Shown here piece by piece: positions 28,947 through 38,525 of a stretch of DNA of 64,000 nucleotides. The position numbers were made by a program, and so were the translations under genes. The stretch lies in IMG/VR virus record IMGVR_UViG_3300050187_000003, positions 75,576 through 139,575 of that record, one strand, 5' to 3'. Below the pieces are notes generated by a model that was not told where the DNA came from, did not search any database, and saw nothing but the letters and a program-made list of their open reading frames with translations. This DNA is from a virus. Its lineage: Duplodnaviria > Heunggongvirae > Uroviricota > Caudoviricetes. The stretch's first letter is position 1. Each line of letters starts with the position of its first letter.

Positions 28947-28980
28947 ATAGTAGTGACACCGCGATTGAGGGGAGACCGAG

Positions 28981-29379
28981 ATGCGCACCAACAAATACGC
29001 CACCACCTGCATCACCTGCACCACCGACGTCGCCGCCGGCACCGGAGCGCTCACCAAAGCAGCAGACGGCTGGATCGTCCGCTGCGCCGCCTGCAACGCC
29101 CTCACCCCCGAAGCCAGCCGCACCACCCAGGCGCAAGCCGAAACGGACTACCTCGACTCCCGAGGATTCGACATGACCGACCCCGACAAGGTCCTCCACG
29201 CAGCCCTCATCGAGGGCGGGTTCAAAAACCCCGTCAGCGTTACCCTGCCCGCGCCAACGGCGACCAAGCCCCGACGCCCGTCAACCTCGCGTCGCCGCCG
29301 GGCGTGCGTCACCGGCGGCAACTGCTCCAGCTTCGGCAACGGCGGATCCTGCGGCGGCCACGACTGCGACGGACACTGA
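28981..29379 (+). CDS. zinc-binding hypothetical phage protein
   Basis: MRTNKYATTCITC...VRCAAC; C-terminal CVTGGNCSSFGNGGSCGGHDCDGH. Confidence 0.75.
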   Translation: MRTNKYATTCITCTTDVAAGTGALTKAADGWIVRCAACNALTPEASRTTQAQAETDYLDSRGFDMTDPDKVLHAALIEGGFKNPVSVTLPAPTATKPRRPSTSRRRRACVTGGNCSSFGNGGSCGGHDCDGH

Positions 29380-29380
29380 A

Positions 29381-29569
29381 ATGCTGATCGATCCAGTCGG
29401 AATCACCGACATCGCCCGCCGCGCCGGTGTAAAGCGGGACACGGCAAAAAAGTGGACAGAGCGGAAACCCGACGGGTTTCCCGAGCCACACCCCCAAAAA
29501 ATCGTAGGCCGACGAGTCTGGGAGTGGAGCGCAATCCACTCCTGGCTCATGAGAACCGGCCGATTGTAG
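29381..29569 (+). CDS. AlpA/excisionase-like HTH protein
   Basis: VGITDIARRAGVKRDTAKKW...FPEP...RVWEWSAIHSW. Confidence 0.8.
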   Translation: MLIDPVGITDIARRAGVKRDTAKKWTERKPDGFPEPHPQKIVGRRVWEWSAIHSWLMRTGRL

Positions 29570-29607
29570 ACCCGACCCGCTCAGCCCCAACCCCGAAGAG
29601 GCCACAC

Positions 29608-30012
29608 ATGGGACACCAGTTCATCGTCTACCGCGACGCCGACGGAACCCGAAAAATCGCCGAAGGCGACGAGGCCCGACGGCAACAACTCACCGCGACA
29701 ACCGGTGAAACCGCCATCGGGTTCACCACTTACGACCACGCCCGCCGGGAAGTAGGCGTAGAACCCAGAGAACTACGGCCCGGCGTTCGACTCTCCGGAC
29801 GTATCTGTCAATCATCCCCGCCAGGGCCGGAGCACGACCGATTCGAGCACCTGGTCGACTACCGGCCGCTGCACTCCAAGGAGAGGACTGTCTGGCACGT
29901 GTGGGCGACCTTGGACTACGATGACTTCGCCCGCCAAATGAGCGTGGCCCACGCTGTCCACAACAGCCGTTACGGCGAGCCCGTAACCAGAGATACCTAC
30001 TTTTCTGGCTGA
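29608..30012 (+). CDS. hypothetical protein
   Basis: MGHQFIVYRDADG; GAGG RBS; followed by a hairpin at 30031-30065. Confidence 0.6.
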   Translation: MGHQFIVYRDADGTRKIAEGDEARRQQLTATTGETAIGFTTYDHARREVGVEPRELRPGVRLSGRICQSSPPGPEHDRFEHLVDYRPLHSKERTVWHVWATLDYDDFARQMSVAHAVHNSRYGEPVTRDTYFSG

Positions 30013-30434
30013 ACGACAACACCAACTGTTAGCGGCCTACCTCGCACCTACGAGGTAGGCCGCTTTGTCGTACCCGGCCGTCATCATGGGCGGTGTGGAC
30101 GTCGCCCTCGTCGTACAGCCCGCCCTGCTCGCCTACTGGCGCAGGGTTGGTGCCACACAGATGCCCCAGCACCGCATGCCCCAGGTGATGCCCGAACTGG
30201 TGGCCGCCGTCCACCAGGCCCTGCCGCAGCTGCCGGACGGAACACGCTGGCACTGCCCACCGTCAGCGATCGTCGAAACCTGCCTCAGCGTCGTGTTAGA
30301 GCGTGCTGGCCGCACCGATGTGGCGGTGACGCCCGCCGGGCCTGGATGGCTGCTGTCGGAGCGGTGCGGGCTGGTGGTTCGGGTGGATCACCCAACCCAC
30401 CACCCTACAGCAGAAACGCTGTAGGGTGGTGGGT

Positions 30435-31322
30435 ATGGCAACCACCCTCCCCACCAACACCGCACACCCACTTCTCGCCGATCTAGCCAACGCAGAAGAG
30501 AACCGAATCAAACACCTAGCCGCCGAACGCGAACACTTCCAGCAGTACTTCGACACCGTCGAAGCCATCGCAACCCACGCAGCCCACAAGGCAACCAGCC
30601 AGCAACCCGCGTACTGCATACACCCCAACCGGGCCTGGGAATACCTCGGACCATACGAGTGGGACAGCGTCCGCGTGATCGTCGACCCAGATCCGCTGGC
30701 CATCGCCATCAACCTGCCCACCCGTGGTCCCGGATGGGAGCGGTCGCGGGAAACCCGAAATCAGATCTGGGCCGCAATCAGAAGCATCCACCCGCTCGAA
30801 CAGCCAACCCCGCTGCCCGCAAAGCGCTACGTAAACCTCATCGCCGCTGCCGAAAAAGCGGCCGACCTCGTCTCAACCACCCTGGCCATCGGAATCGCCA
30901 ACAACATCATCACCTGGGACACCGGCGAAACCCTGGCCGAAGCCGGGCTACGGATCGCCCGGGATGCCGCCTACCGGATGCGCGCAACCCGGCGGGTAGC
31001 CGCCACAGCGGAGGTGTTCGGCGAAGTCCTTGACATGCTCGACTGGACTGCCCGACCGCCAGCCGACTACGCCCGCGCCTACGTCGACCAGCAGACCGCC
31101 ATCGACCAGGCGGTAGACGCGGCCAGCATCGAATGGGGCATGCCCACCGTGACCGGCGATGAGGCCGCCCGGATCGCATCCATCAGCGCGTCCGGCTGGC
31201 GATCCCACGTCGCCCGCGAAGAGGCGCCACCGAAAGACGCAGGGAAGGGCTGGCGCCGGTCCACGGTCCTCGCGTGGTCACTGGGCCGTACCCGCGCTAG
31301 CCGCGCAGACGGCTGGGACTAA
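30435..31322 (+). CDS. hypothetical protein with a C-terminal AlpA-like HTH
   Basis: VTGDEAARIASISASGWRSHVAREEAPP...WRRSTVLAW; TAGGGT-N7-ATG. Confidence 0.7.
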   Translation: MATTLPTNTAHPLLADLANAEENRIKHLAAEREHFQQYFDTVEAIATHAAHKATSQQPAYCIHPNRAWEYLGPYEWDSVRVIVDPDPLAIAINLPTRGPGWERSRETRNQIWAAIRSIHPLEQPTPLPAKRYVNLIAAAEKAADLVSTTLAIGIANNIITWDTGETLAEAGLRIARDAAYRMRATRRVAATAEVFGEVLDMLDWTARPPADYARAYVDQQTAIDQAVDAASIEWGMPTVTGDEAARIASISASGWRSHVAREEAPPKDAGKGWRRSTVLAWSLGRTRASRADGWD

Positions 31323-31345
31323 CCTTCCAGCCCGGCGGGCGTCGG

Positions 31346-31540
31346 CGAAGCAAACCCGAAGCAACTTGCTTCGGGTTTGCTTCGTTTTGCTTCACGGTTG
31401 CTTGCAGCAACGAAGCAAGTTGCTTCACCCGGACCCGGCGGCTATACCGCCACGCGGTACGCCTATACCGCCTGGCGGTACGGACGGCGGCGTTTCCGCA
31501 GGTGGATAGGCTATCCGCGAAAACGGGATAGCCTATCCCT
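31346..31540. repeat. cluster of palindromes and hairpins
   Basis: Perfect 19-bp arms at 31346-31384; GAAGCAA-G-TTGCTTC at 31412; CTATACCGCC twice; 13-bp arms at 31504-31538. Confidence 0.85.
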
Positions 31541-31544
31541 CCGA

Positions 31545-31880
31545 TCACCCTGACAACGTCCGCACCGCAGCCAGCGGCCCCAGCCGGGCCGGATGCGTCA
31601 ACCGGAACCGCCACCCGCCCCCGTGTTGCTCTCGGACCAGATACCCGCCAGCCTCCAACTCCTGCAGCACCTCCGCCAGCGGCACATCGCCGAGACGAGA
31701 CGATCTCGACAAATCCGTGCCGTTGACCTCTGTCCCCTCACCGAAGGACAGCAGGTGCGTCAGAAGCCCACGGCCCGTGTAACTGACCTGCCGGTCACGA
31801 ACCCACACGCTCGGAATCCACGTCCTGTCGGCGCTGCGGGGCACAGCAACTGCGCAGACGATGTCGGGTACAGCGGTCAT
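31545..31880 (-). CDS. winged-HTH protein resembling the N-terminus of a phage replication initiator
   Basis: VRDRQVSYTGRGLLTHLLS...VLQELEAGGYLVR. Confidence 0.7.
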   Translation of the reverse strand: MTAVPDIVCAVAVPRSADRTWIPSVWVRDRQVSYTGRGLLTHLLSFGEGTEVNGTDLSRSSRLGDVPLAEVLQELEAGGYLVREQHGGGWRFRLTHPARLGPLAAVRTLSG

Positions 31881-32536
31881 GATGATCTCTCCAGTCCGTT
31901 GGCTTCCAGCCAGTCGTCGATGCCGTCGTCGTGGTCTGAGGTGAAGATGGTGTCCAGGAACCTGCCTGGCCAGCGGATCTTTTTCTGCTTCGACTTGGTC
32001 AGCGCCTTGTAGATGACGTCTGTAGGCCAGGTGCCCGTCTTGCTCCAGTGCCCTCCGGTGGTGCTGAGTTTCTCGCCGACGAACATGCGGAACTTCTCTC
32101 GGTCTTCGGCACGCCAGCTTGTCGGTACCTCGCCGGAAGGTTCGTCTTCAACGCGCTCGTGATCTTCGTCGTCTTCGCGCCCCGAGGCGAACGAAGTGAG
32201 CGGAGGGGGACAGGTCAGTTCAGGAACATCTTCTTCAACGGTTCTTCTTCTCGGTTCTTCTAAAGACCGGCCCTCACCGTCCGACGGTCCACCGTCCGAC
32301 GGTTTGGGACTTATGGTCCGACCTGCGGAAACACCAGATTCGGGGAGGTCAACGACCTGAGGGGTGTCGTAGAAGGTGTGCTCCCACCCGAACGTGCCGG
32401 CCTCGGTGCGGATACGAACCCGCTTTAGGTAGCCGGCGCGTTCCAGCTCCCGTAGCGCCGCCCGGATCGACTTGATGCCCTCGCCGGGCACGGTCGTGGC
32501 GGCCAGCGACTCGGCGGTGACCCGCCAGTTGTCCAG
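31877..32536 (-). pseudogene. HTH replication-initiator-like gene, apparently 5'-truncated
   Basis: (LDN)WRVTAESLA...EGIKSIRAALRELERAGYLKR; an in-frame TAG lies just upstream; internal repeat ACCGTCCGACGGT at 32276 and 32291. Confidence 0.6.
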
Positions 32537-32623
32537 TCGCTACCATGAACTACGGCGGGTCGCCCCGGAGAACTTGTCGCAGAGCCACCTCGCGGAGAAG
32601 GCGGCCCGCCGCACCACCCAGAC

Positions 32624-33079
32624 TCAGCTGCGAGCGTCCGCTGCCCTCCGCAGCCCGGTCCAGTGGTGCGACGGCACACCCGGCTCATCCGACATCCCGT
32701 CAACGAACGGCACCCAGCCGTCCCACACGTGCAGCGGCAGGATCTCGTTGAACACGAACGTCGTCGCCTCGCACCGCCGGATCAGCTCGTGCCGCACCGC
32801 GTACACCACCCCGTACCAGTCGGCATCCCAGCACTCCGGACGTTCAAACGAGTTGACCGCCTTCACCCTGCCGCCGGCCTCGGGCTGGTAGGCGCACCAC
32901 GCCAACGCCCTACCACCATCAACGGCAACAACCCACACCTTGTCGGGCCGCTCGTCTAGGCGAGACTCGGCCTCCCGCCACATCCGATCCAGCAACGCCT
33001 GGTCCCGACGCAGACCGCCGAACACCGGCTCGTATAGCGGGTCGCCCTGGCGGATGATCAGAACCTCAACCTGGCTCAC
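32624..33079 (-). CDS. hypothetical protein, possibly GNAT-like fold
   Basis: VWVVAVDGGRALAWCAYQP; coupled to the GntR gene. Confidence 0.65.
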   Translation of the reverse strand: MSQVEVLIIRQGDPLYEPVFGGLRRDQALLDRMWREAESRLDERPDKVWVVAVDGGRALAWCAYQPEAGGRVKAVNSFERPECWDADWYGVVYAVRHELIRRCEATTFVFNEILPLHVWDGWVPFVDGMSDEPGVPSHHWTGLRRAADARS

Positions 33080-33804
33080 AGGTTGATGACGTAGTCGAGG
33101 ACGGTGCGGTCACCGGGGATCACCAGATCCGCACCAGCCTCCACCGGCCGATCCCCGGCCAGCATGGTTCGAGTCACCACCAAAACCGGCACCGCTGACG
33201 CGATCCGCAGACTGTCACGTTCCTCCGGTGACGGCATCCGGGTCCGGACCTCCTCACGAACCTTCGTCACCTGAACTCCCAGCGACGTCAGCTGCTCGAC
33301 CACCCCGCCAGGCCACGGCTCCCGCGACGGGTCCGCCACTGGTGTGCCGGCCACCAGATCGAGCAGGACGTAGCTGGTGACCAGCAGATGTGGCACTCCG
33401 TGCGCGGTGATGAGGTACCGGCGGGCCAGCACCGGCGACCCGACCTCCACCTGTAGCCGTTCGGCGACCAGTCCGTCGGCGGTGGTCTCCGTGTGGGACC
33501 ACTCGACGTCCCCGGCGGTGAACCCGGCTCCTGGCATGCCCGGCCGGTATCGGCTGGCGTCCAACCTGCGGATCGGCCGCTGCAGGCGGACCTGCGAGCC
33601 GCGGCCCATGAACGTGTCGATCAAACCTTCGGTTTGGAGTTCGGCCATCGCTTTCCGGACGGTGCCTCGCGAACAGTCGTGGAGTTCCTGCAGTTCGGGT
33701 TCGGCTGGGATGAGTGCCCCTGGGATGAGTTCCCCGGACCGGATCCGGTTGCGGATGTCGTCTGCGACACGCCGGTAGGCGGGCAGGTCGGGTGGGGCGG
33801 CCAT
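33076..33804 (-). CDS. GntR-family regulator with a UTRA domain (Kor-like)
   Basis: YRRVADDIRNRIRSGEL.PG..IPAEPEL...SRGTVRKAMAELQTEGLI...GRGS; divergent from the transfer operon. Confidence 0.92.
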   Translation of the reverse strand: MAAPPDLPAYRRVADDIRNRIRSGELIPGALIPAEPELQELHDCSRGTVRKAMAELQTEGLIDTFMGRGSQVRLQRPIRRLDASRYRPGMPGAGFTAGDVEWSHTETTADGLVAERLQVEVGSPVLARRYLITAHGVPHLLVTSYVLLDLVAGTPVADPSREPWPGGVVEQLTSLGVQVTKVREEVRTRMPSPEERDSLRIASAVPVLVVTRTMLAGDRPVEAGADLVIPGDRTVLDYVINL

Positions 33805-33914
33805 GGCCGTCACCGTACCCGGCTGCCTTTTGCTGCGGATCACACGTCTGGACGACACGCACAGAGCATACCCATATGGACGTCCCGTAGGTACTGCCTG
33901 TATGGTCGGGGGCT

Positions 33915-35687
33915 ATGAGCGGACAGACGCTGGCCTACGACGACCCCGGAGCCACCGGGACGCCCCCGCCTGCCCCCAGCGCGTTCACACGCCTCGCAGA
34001 CTGGTTCACAGCAATCCCCACCTGGATTCTCATCACCCTCGCCGCCACCCTCGCTGTCGTCACCCTCGCGCTCCTCATCGCCGCCGCCGCCATCGCCGTC
34101 AACCGGATTCGCAACCGCGAAACCAGCAAGCGCGAATCCTGGGCCGCCGACAAAGCCATGACCTTCCTCGCGGCTGGCGTCGCCACCGCCGTCACCGGCA
34201 CCGGCATGTGGGCCTTCTTCGCCGACACCCTCGGTGTTCGTAGCCTGCCCCTGCTCGTCGGCCTCTTCGCGTTCTTCGAGATCGCGATGCTCGCCGAAGC
34301 ACTCCGCTCCCGGCTGTTCCGCATCCGCCGCGCCCGCGAAGAATCCACCAACCCCACCGACAGCGAAACCCGAGACGTCGATGTCGACGGCATCGCAGTG
34401 TGGGTACTCGCCATCATCTCCGGCGTCCTCGCAGCCACCCACGAAACCGAGTTCGGCGCCATCGCACTACGCCTCATCGCCCCCGTCATCGCAGCCTGGC
34501 TGTGGGAACGCGGCCTCGTCGGCGAACTCCAGCAGTTCCGCCGCCGCAAGCCCACCAAGAAGATCGCCCTCCGGATCTCCCTGGAACGCGTCCTGGTGTT
34601 CCTCCGGATCGCCGAACCGACCAAACGGGACGTTGACGACGTTGACCGGTCCCGGCGCAGGGCTGCCTACACGGTCGCCGCGTACCGGCTCCACACCCGC
34701 CTCACCGACAAGGCCCCGACCACGCTGGCACGTGTCGCCCGTTGGCGTCTGCGCCGTGCCGGCCTGGCCATCATGACCCGCTACGGGGTCGCCGAACTGC
34801 AGCGCGCCCGCGGCGACGTCGCCGCCCTGTACGGCATGGAGCAGTCGACCGCTCCAGGATCTGTGGCAGGGCTCGCACCATGGGCCACCGGGCACGGCGA
34901 AGTGATCGCCGGCAGCGCGGTGCCGGCAGTGGATGCCGTCGCCGGCCAGGCCGCCATCGAAGCGGCGCCCGGTCCGGTCGAGACGGACCTTCTCGACGAC
35001 TGGGCCGAGGTGGTTCCCGAAACCGCCGTTCGCCCCCACCCGCAGTCGGACTCGCACCTGAACGGCTCGCACCTCGCACATGACATTCGCAGCGGCAAAC
35101 TCGGCGGCGGCAGCACTCGCGACAGCGACTCTCGCAACGTCGATGGAAAACCCGCGCAGCAAGCCGGTGCCATTCGGGCCGCTCTCACCGGCCAGCCGGC
35201 AGCCAACACTACAGCGGTGTCCGCCGGCAACACGGGGGCGAACCGGACTGCGCCGGCCACTGCGAACGGTGCAGCCAAGACGTCCGTGAAACGTCCCGCC
35301 AGCACTACCGCGAAGCCGCTCGACAGCTTCCCTGAGCTTGGCGACGACGCACGCGAAACCGTCGACCGGCTCGCCCGCACCTTCGCCCGCTACCCCAAGG
35401 CGAAGAACCGTGAGCTGGCAAAGCGGGCTGGTCTCACTCTCGCAACCACCAACCGGTACATGGCCCGTGTGCGAGCGGAAGCAGCAGCCCGCGAAGCCGA
35501 GGAAGCGAACGAACAGCACCCGTCAGCCGCGACCGGCAGCAACGCCGAGACCGCGGTCCGCGAAGCCAACGCTCCCGCCAGCCTGCCGCCGCTCGCACCC
35601 CTACCCGCACCGGCACCGCTCGCAGTCGTCGCAGTGAACGGCCACAACCACCACTCGCACACGAAGACCGCGAATGACAACCACTGA
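33915..35687 (+). CDS. AICE/plasmid Spd-like membrane protein (DUF2637-like) with a C-terminal HTH
   Basis: Four to five N-terminal hydrophobic segments, low-complexity linker, AKNRELAKRAGLTLATTNRY. Confidence 0.7.
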   Translation: MSGQTLAYDDPGATGTPPPAPSAFTRLADWFTAIPTWILITLAATLAVVTLALLIAAAAIAVNRIRNRETSKRESWAADKAMTFLAAGVATAVTGTGMWAFFADTLGVRSLPLLVGLFAFFEIAMLAEALRSRLFRIRRAREESTNPTDSETRDVDVDGIAVWVLAIISGVLAATHETEFGAIALRLIAPVIAAWLWERGLVGELQQFRRRKPTKKIALRISLERVLVFLRIAEPTKRDVDDVDRSRRRAAYTVAAYRLHTRLTDKAPTTLARVARWRLRRAGLAIMTRYGVAELQRARGDVAALYGMEQSTAPGSVAGLAPWATGHGEVIAGSAVPAVDAVAGQAAIEAAPGPVETDLLDDWAEVVPETAVRPHPQSDSHLNGSHLAHDIRSGKLGGGSTRDSDSRNVDGKPAQQAGAIRAALTGQPAANTTAVSAGNTGANRTAPATANGAAKTSVKRPASTTAKPLDSFPELGDDARETVDRLARTFARYPKAKNRELAKRAGLTLATTNRYMARVRAEAAAREAEEANEQHPSAATGSNAETAVREANAPASLPPLAPLPAPAPLAVVAVNGHNHHSHTKTANDNH

Positions 35688-36163
35688 CAACCCGCCCCCG
35701 TCGCGAGACGTCGAGCGAACCCGACACCCGTTCGCTCGACGACATAGCGAAGGACGCCGCGCAGATCCTGCGAACCCTCCGCACACCCAAGCCCGCCGAG
35801 AAGGAGAACTGAGAAGTGACCGCGAACCTGCCCGCCCGCCGCACGGGGTCCGCCGTCGCAGTCCGGCGACCCAACCTGCCCGCCGTACCCGCATCGCTGG
35901 ACGACCAGCCGGCGAAGCCCCGACGCAGCCCTGACCTGGTCGACGTCCTCATTGGCTGTGTTGTCGCTGCCATCGCCGCCGCCCCTATCGCCGGGAGCGT
36001 CCTGTGACCAGGGCGACGTTGCCCAGCCGCAACCACGGGCCGCGAACCAGTCGGGTCATCGCCGTAGCCGTCGCATTGCTGTCCGCCGCGCCTCTGACCG
36101 GGCTACTGCTGTCCCGGATCACCTACTGACCGACACAAACGACAGAAGGAGGACGACGAGCAG

Positions 36164-36424
36164 ATGCCGTCGAAGCTGTACATCCTGCGGATCCAGAACG
36201 GAACCCGCGCGGTCACGCCGGAAACCGCGCTGGAAGCGCTTGACTTCGACCGCCCAGACGCGGTGAAAGACCTGCTCAGGCGGCATCTGCTCGCGGCAGC
36301 AGAACGAGACGGAAAGTCGAGGTCGGAGGCGCACCTGTACTACCTGGCAGTGCACGAACGCCACCGCGACGGCCGTCCAGTAAACACTGCAATGGCCTAT
36401 TTTGTCCTGCCGGTGGAGTTGTGA
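36164..36424 (+). CDS. hypothetical protein
   Basis: AAGGAGG RBS; in the transfer operon. Confidence 0.65.
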   Translation: MPSKLYILRIQNGTRAVTPETALEALDFDRPDAVKDLLRRHLLAAAERDGKSRSEAHLYYLAVHERHRDGRPVNTAMAYFVLPVEL

Positions 36425-36627
36425 TGAACCTCGTCCGACCCCGCAGGAAAGCCACCAACCGGGTCACCTACCACCAGCAGCTGATCCGCACGGCACCCAC
36501 CCCGAGGGTTTCGCTGCGGAGAGCCGTGGAATGGCTGATGTCCGAGGCACACCACGGCAACATCCCATCCCTGATCAAAGAGGTGACCGCGCTGTCGGTC
36601 CGCGAAAACGAAAGGAGCCGACAGTGA
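36421..36627 (+). CDS. hypothetical protein
   Basis: Coupled ORF. Confidence 0.55.
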   Translation: MMNLVRPRRKATNRVTYHQQLIRTAPTPRVSLRRAVEWLMSEAHHGNIPSLIKEVTALSVRENERSRQ

Positions 36628-37046
36628 CGGAAAGTGTCGTAGCACTCGGCCATGGCAGCCCCGGCAACGGGATGCAGAGGCCGCGTGCGTCTGCGCGCGC
36701 ACGCATGAAAGCAAGCGTAACCCGCCGTGATCGGCTTCGAAGAATCCGGGCCGCCAACCCCGCCGCCAAAATCCGACACATCGGACGCGTCATGTACCTC
36801 GACGCAGCCGACTCGTGGATCGTCAACACCCACAGTCCGGCACCGAAAACCGTGTGGCGCACCGACTACAACTCCGCAGTCCCAGGCGCCTACCGGCCAT
36901 TCACCACCTGGTGTCGCATCTACCGCTACCCGGCGGTCGTGTTCGGCGCGACTCTCGACGGAGCCAAATGGCTCCTCATCCACCCCCTACGGGGACCACT
37001 CACGATCACCGCCGCAGCCGCTGGCGCGGCCACCATCCTCACCTGA
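36624..37046 (+). CDS. hypothetical protein
   Basis: AAGGAG RBS, GTG start. Confidence 0.55.
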   Translation: MTESVVALGHGSPGNGMQRPRASARARMKASVTRRDRLRRIRAANPAAKIRHIGRVMYLDAADSWIVNTHSPAPKTVWRTDYNSAVPGAYRPFTTWCRIYRYPAVVFGATLDGAKWLLIHPLRGPLTITAAAAGAATILT

Positions 37047-37059
37047 AGGGAGCCACATC

Positions 37060-37467
37060 ATGGACCTCGGAACCCGCGCCGGCATGCTCGCCATCGCCGC
37101 CGCCCTACTGTTCATCGCCCTGCGGCTGCACAAGTCACACGGCAAGCACACCCGTATCACCAAACCGGCGAGCTTGGTCCTGTCGTTCTTCGCCGGCTGC
37201 GCGTTCCTCGGCACGTTCGTCGGCGACTGGGTGCGGAATCTCGCCTCCGGCACCGCCGGGGTCGCCGTCGCCGCGCTGATCATCTGCGCGGGCATCATCA
37301 TCATCGACTGGGCACTCGACAACAAACCAGACAAGCCGGCGTTCTGGGCGTCGTTCGCCCTTGCCCTCGCCCTGGTCTTGGGCGTCTCGCAGCTGCCGAT
37401 GGTCAAGACCCAGGTCGGCGACAGCCTCAACGAGGTCACCAGCCAGGTGCAGCAGGTAGGTGAGTGA
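37060..37467 (+). CDS. small multi-pass membrane protein, Spd-like
   Basis: Four hydrophobic segments; GAAGGGAG RBS. Confidence 0.75.
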   Translation: MDLGTRAGMLAIAAALLFIALRLHKSHGKHTRITKPASLVLSFFAGCAFLGTFVGDWVRNLASGTAGVAVAALIICAGIIIIDWALDNKPDKPAFWASFALALALVLGVSQLPMVKTQVGDSLNEVTSQVQQVGE

Positions 37468-37470
37468 CCG

Positions 37471-38421
37471 GTGATCGAACTGGTTATCGGGGCGATGGTC
37501 GTCAGCGGCGTGCTGATGACCGTCCCCCGGGCCGTCGCAGATGCGATCGCCACCCACCGTGCCGCCAAGGCCGGCCAGTGGGATGTGATCGACCGTCAGC
37601 GGGAACGCCGCGCCGACCTGTACCGCGAAGCGTTTGCCCGGACCCGCCGCGACCGGCACAAGAGGATCGGCGGCGACGGCAACTACCGGCCCGGCGCCCG
37701 CGACTACTTCGCTGACCTGTACCACGACTGGTGGGCAGACCGGCTGGAGAAGCGGCGGGCGAAACGCGCAGCCCGGCCCGCCTATCAGTACAACCCGGAC
37801 GGGTCGTCGAAGCGGGCCCGGCTCACGGATGCGATGCGGAACAAGGTCGATCGGCTTCGTGAGTCCCGCGGATTCCAAGCGCTGATCGACCCTGCGGGTG
37901 GACCGCGGCGTGACCCCATCCGCCCCGAACCCGACCGGTCAGACGCGCCAGCACCACACACCACACCGGCCCCCCAGCCAGCACCCAACACCACACCGGC
38001 CCCCCAGCCAGCACCACACAAAGAAAAAGACCCGGAATCCGACGATGAGGAGAACGACATGACCACCGCTACCGGCGAAGTCCACGACGTCGAAACCTGC
38101 GCCAACGAATGCAACAAACTCGCCTACGACCTGGGCACAATCGACGTCAGTCTCGACACCATCGACACTGCGGTCCGCTCCGCAGCAGCTGCCGCCGAAC
38201 TGATCGAAGCGTGGTTAACCGGCAAAAACTTCGATTCGAACACAGTCGCCGGGATGGCACTGGTCCGAGACATGCTCGGCCCGGACAAGATCCTCGCCCT
38301 GATCGACGCCGTCGGGGCGGCGAAGACCGGGGTGCAGAACACCCTCGACGCCCTCGCCCCGTACCAGGAGGCCGCCGGCCTGGTCGGCGCCGCAGACGGT
38401 TCCGCCCTCAACGGACGCTGA
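37471..38421 (+). CDS. AICE-type hypothetical protein: N-terminal TM segment, Pro-rich repeat linker, helical C-terminus
   Basis: 316-aa ORF with a tandem (H/N)TTPAPQPAP repeat. Confidence 0.7.
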   Translation: MIELVIGAMVVSGVLMTVPRAVADAIATHRAAKAGQWDVIDRQRERRADLYREAFARTRRDRHKRIGGDGNYRPGARDYFADLYHDWWADRLEKRRAKRAARPAYQYNPDGSSKRARLTDAMRNKVDRLRESRGFQALIDPAGGPRRDPIRPEPDRSDAPAPHTTPAPQPAPNTTPAPQPAPHKEKDPESDDEENDMTTATGEVHDVETCANECNKLAYDLGTIDVSLDTIDTAVRSAAAAAELIEAWLTGKNFDSNTVAGMALVRDMLGPDKILALIDAVGAAKTGVQNTLDALAPYQEAAGLVGAADGSALNGR

Positions 38422-38525
38422 CCCCGGGCAGCTTCCGTCCCGACCACCCCCCATTGCGGTGTGGCCGGGAGCGGTAGCGGACCGGCCCGGCCCCGATCAG
38501 CCACCCAACCCTTTGGAGACACCGC

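Noticed and set aside
29381-29569. Excisionase marking an integration module
   Set aside because: No integrase or att-like tRNA end is nearby; the gene is better explained as a cassette regulator.
37950-38015. Tandem 30-bp DNA repeat as a cis element
   Set aside because: It is in frame within a CDS and encodes a Pro-rich linker, (H/N)TTPAPQPAP twice.
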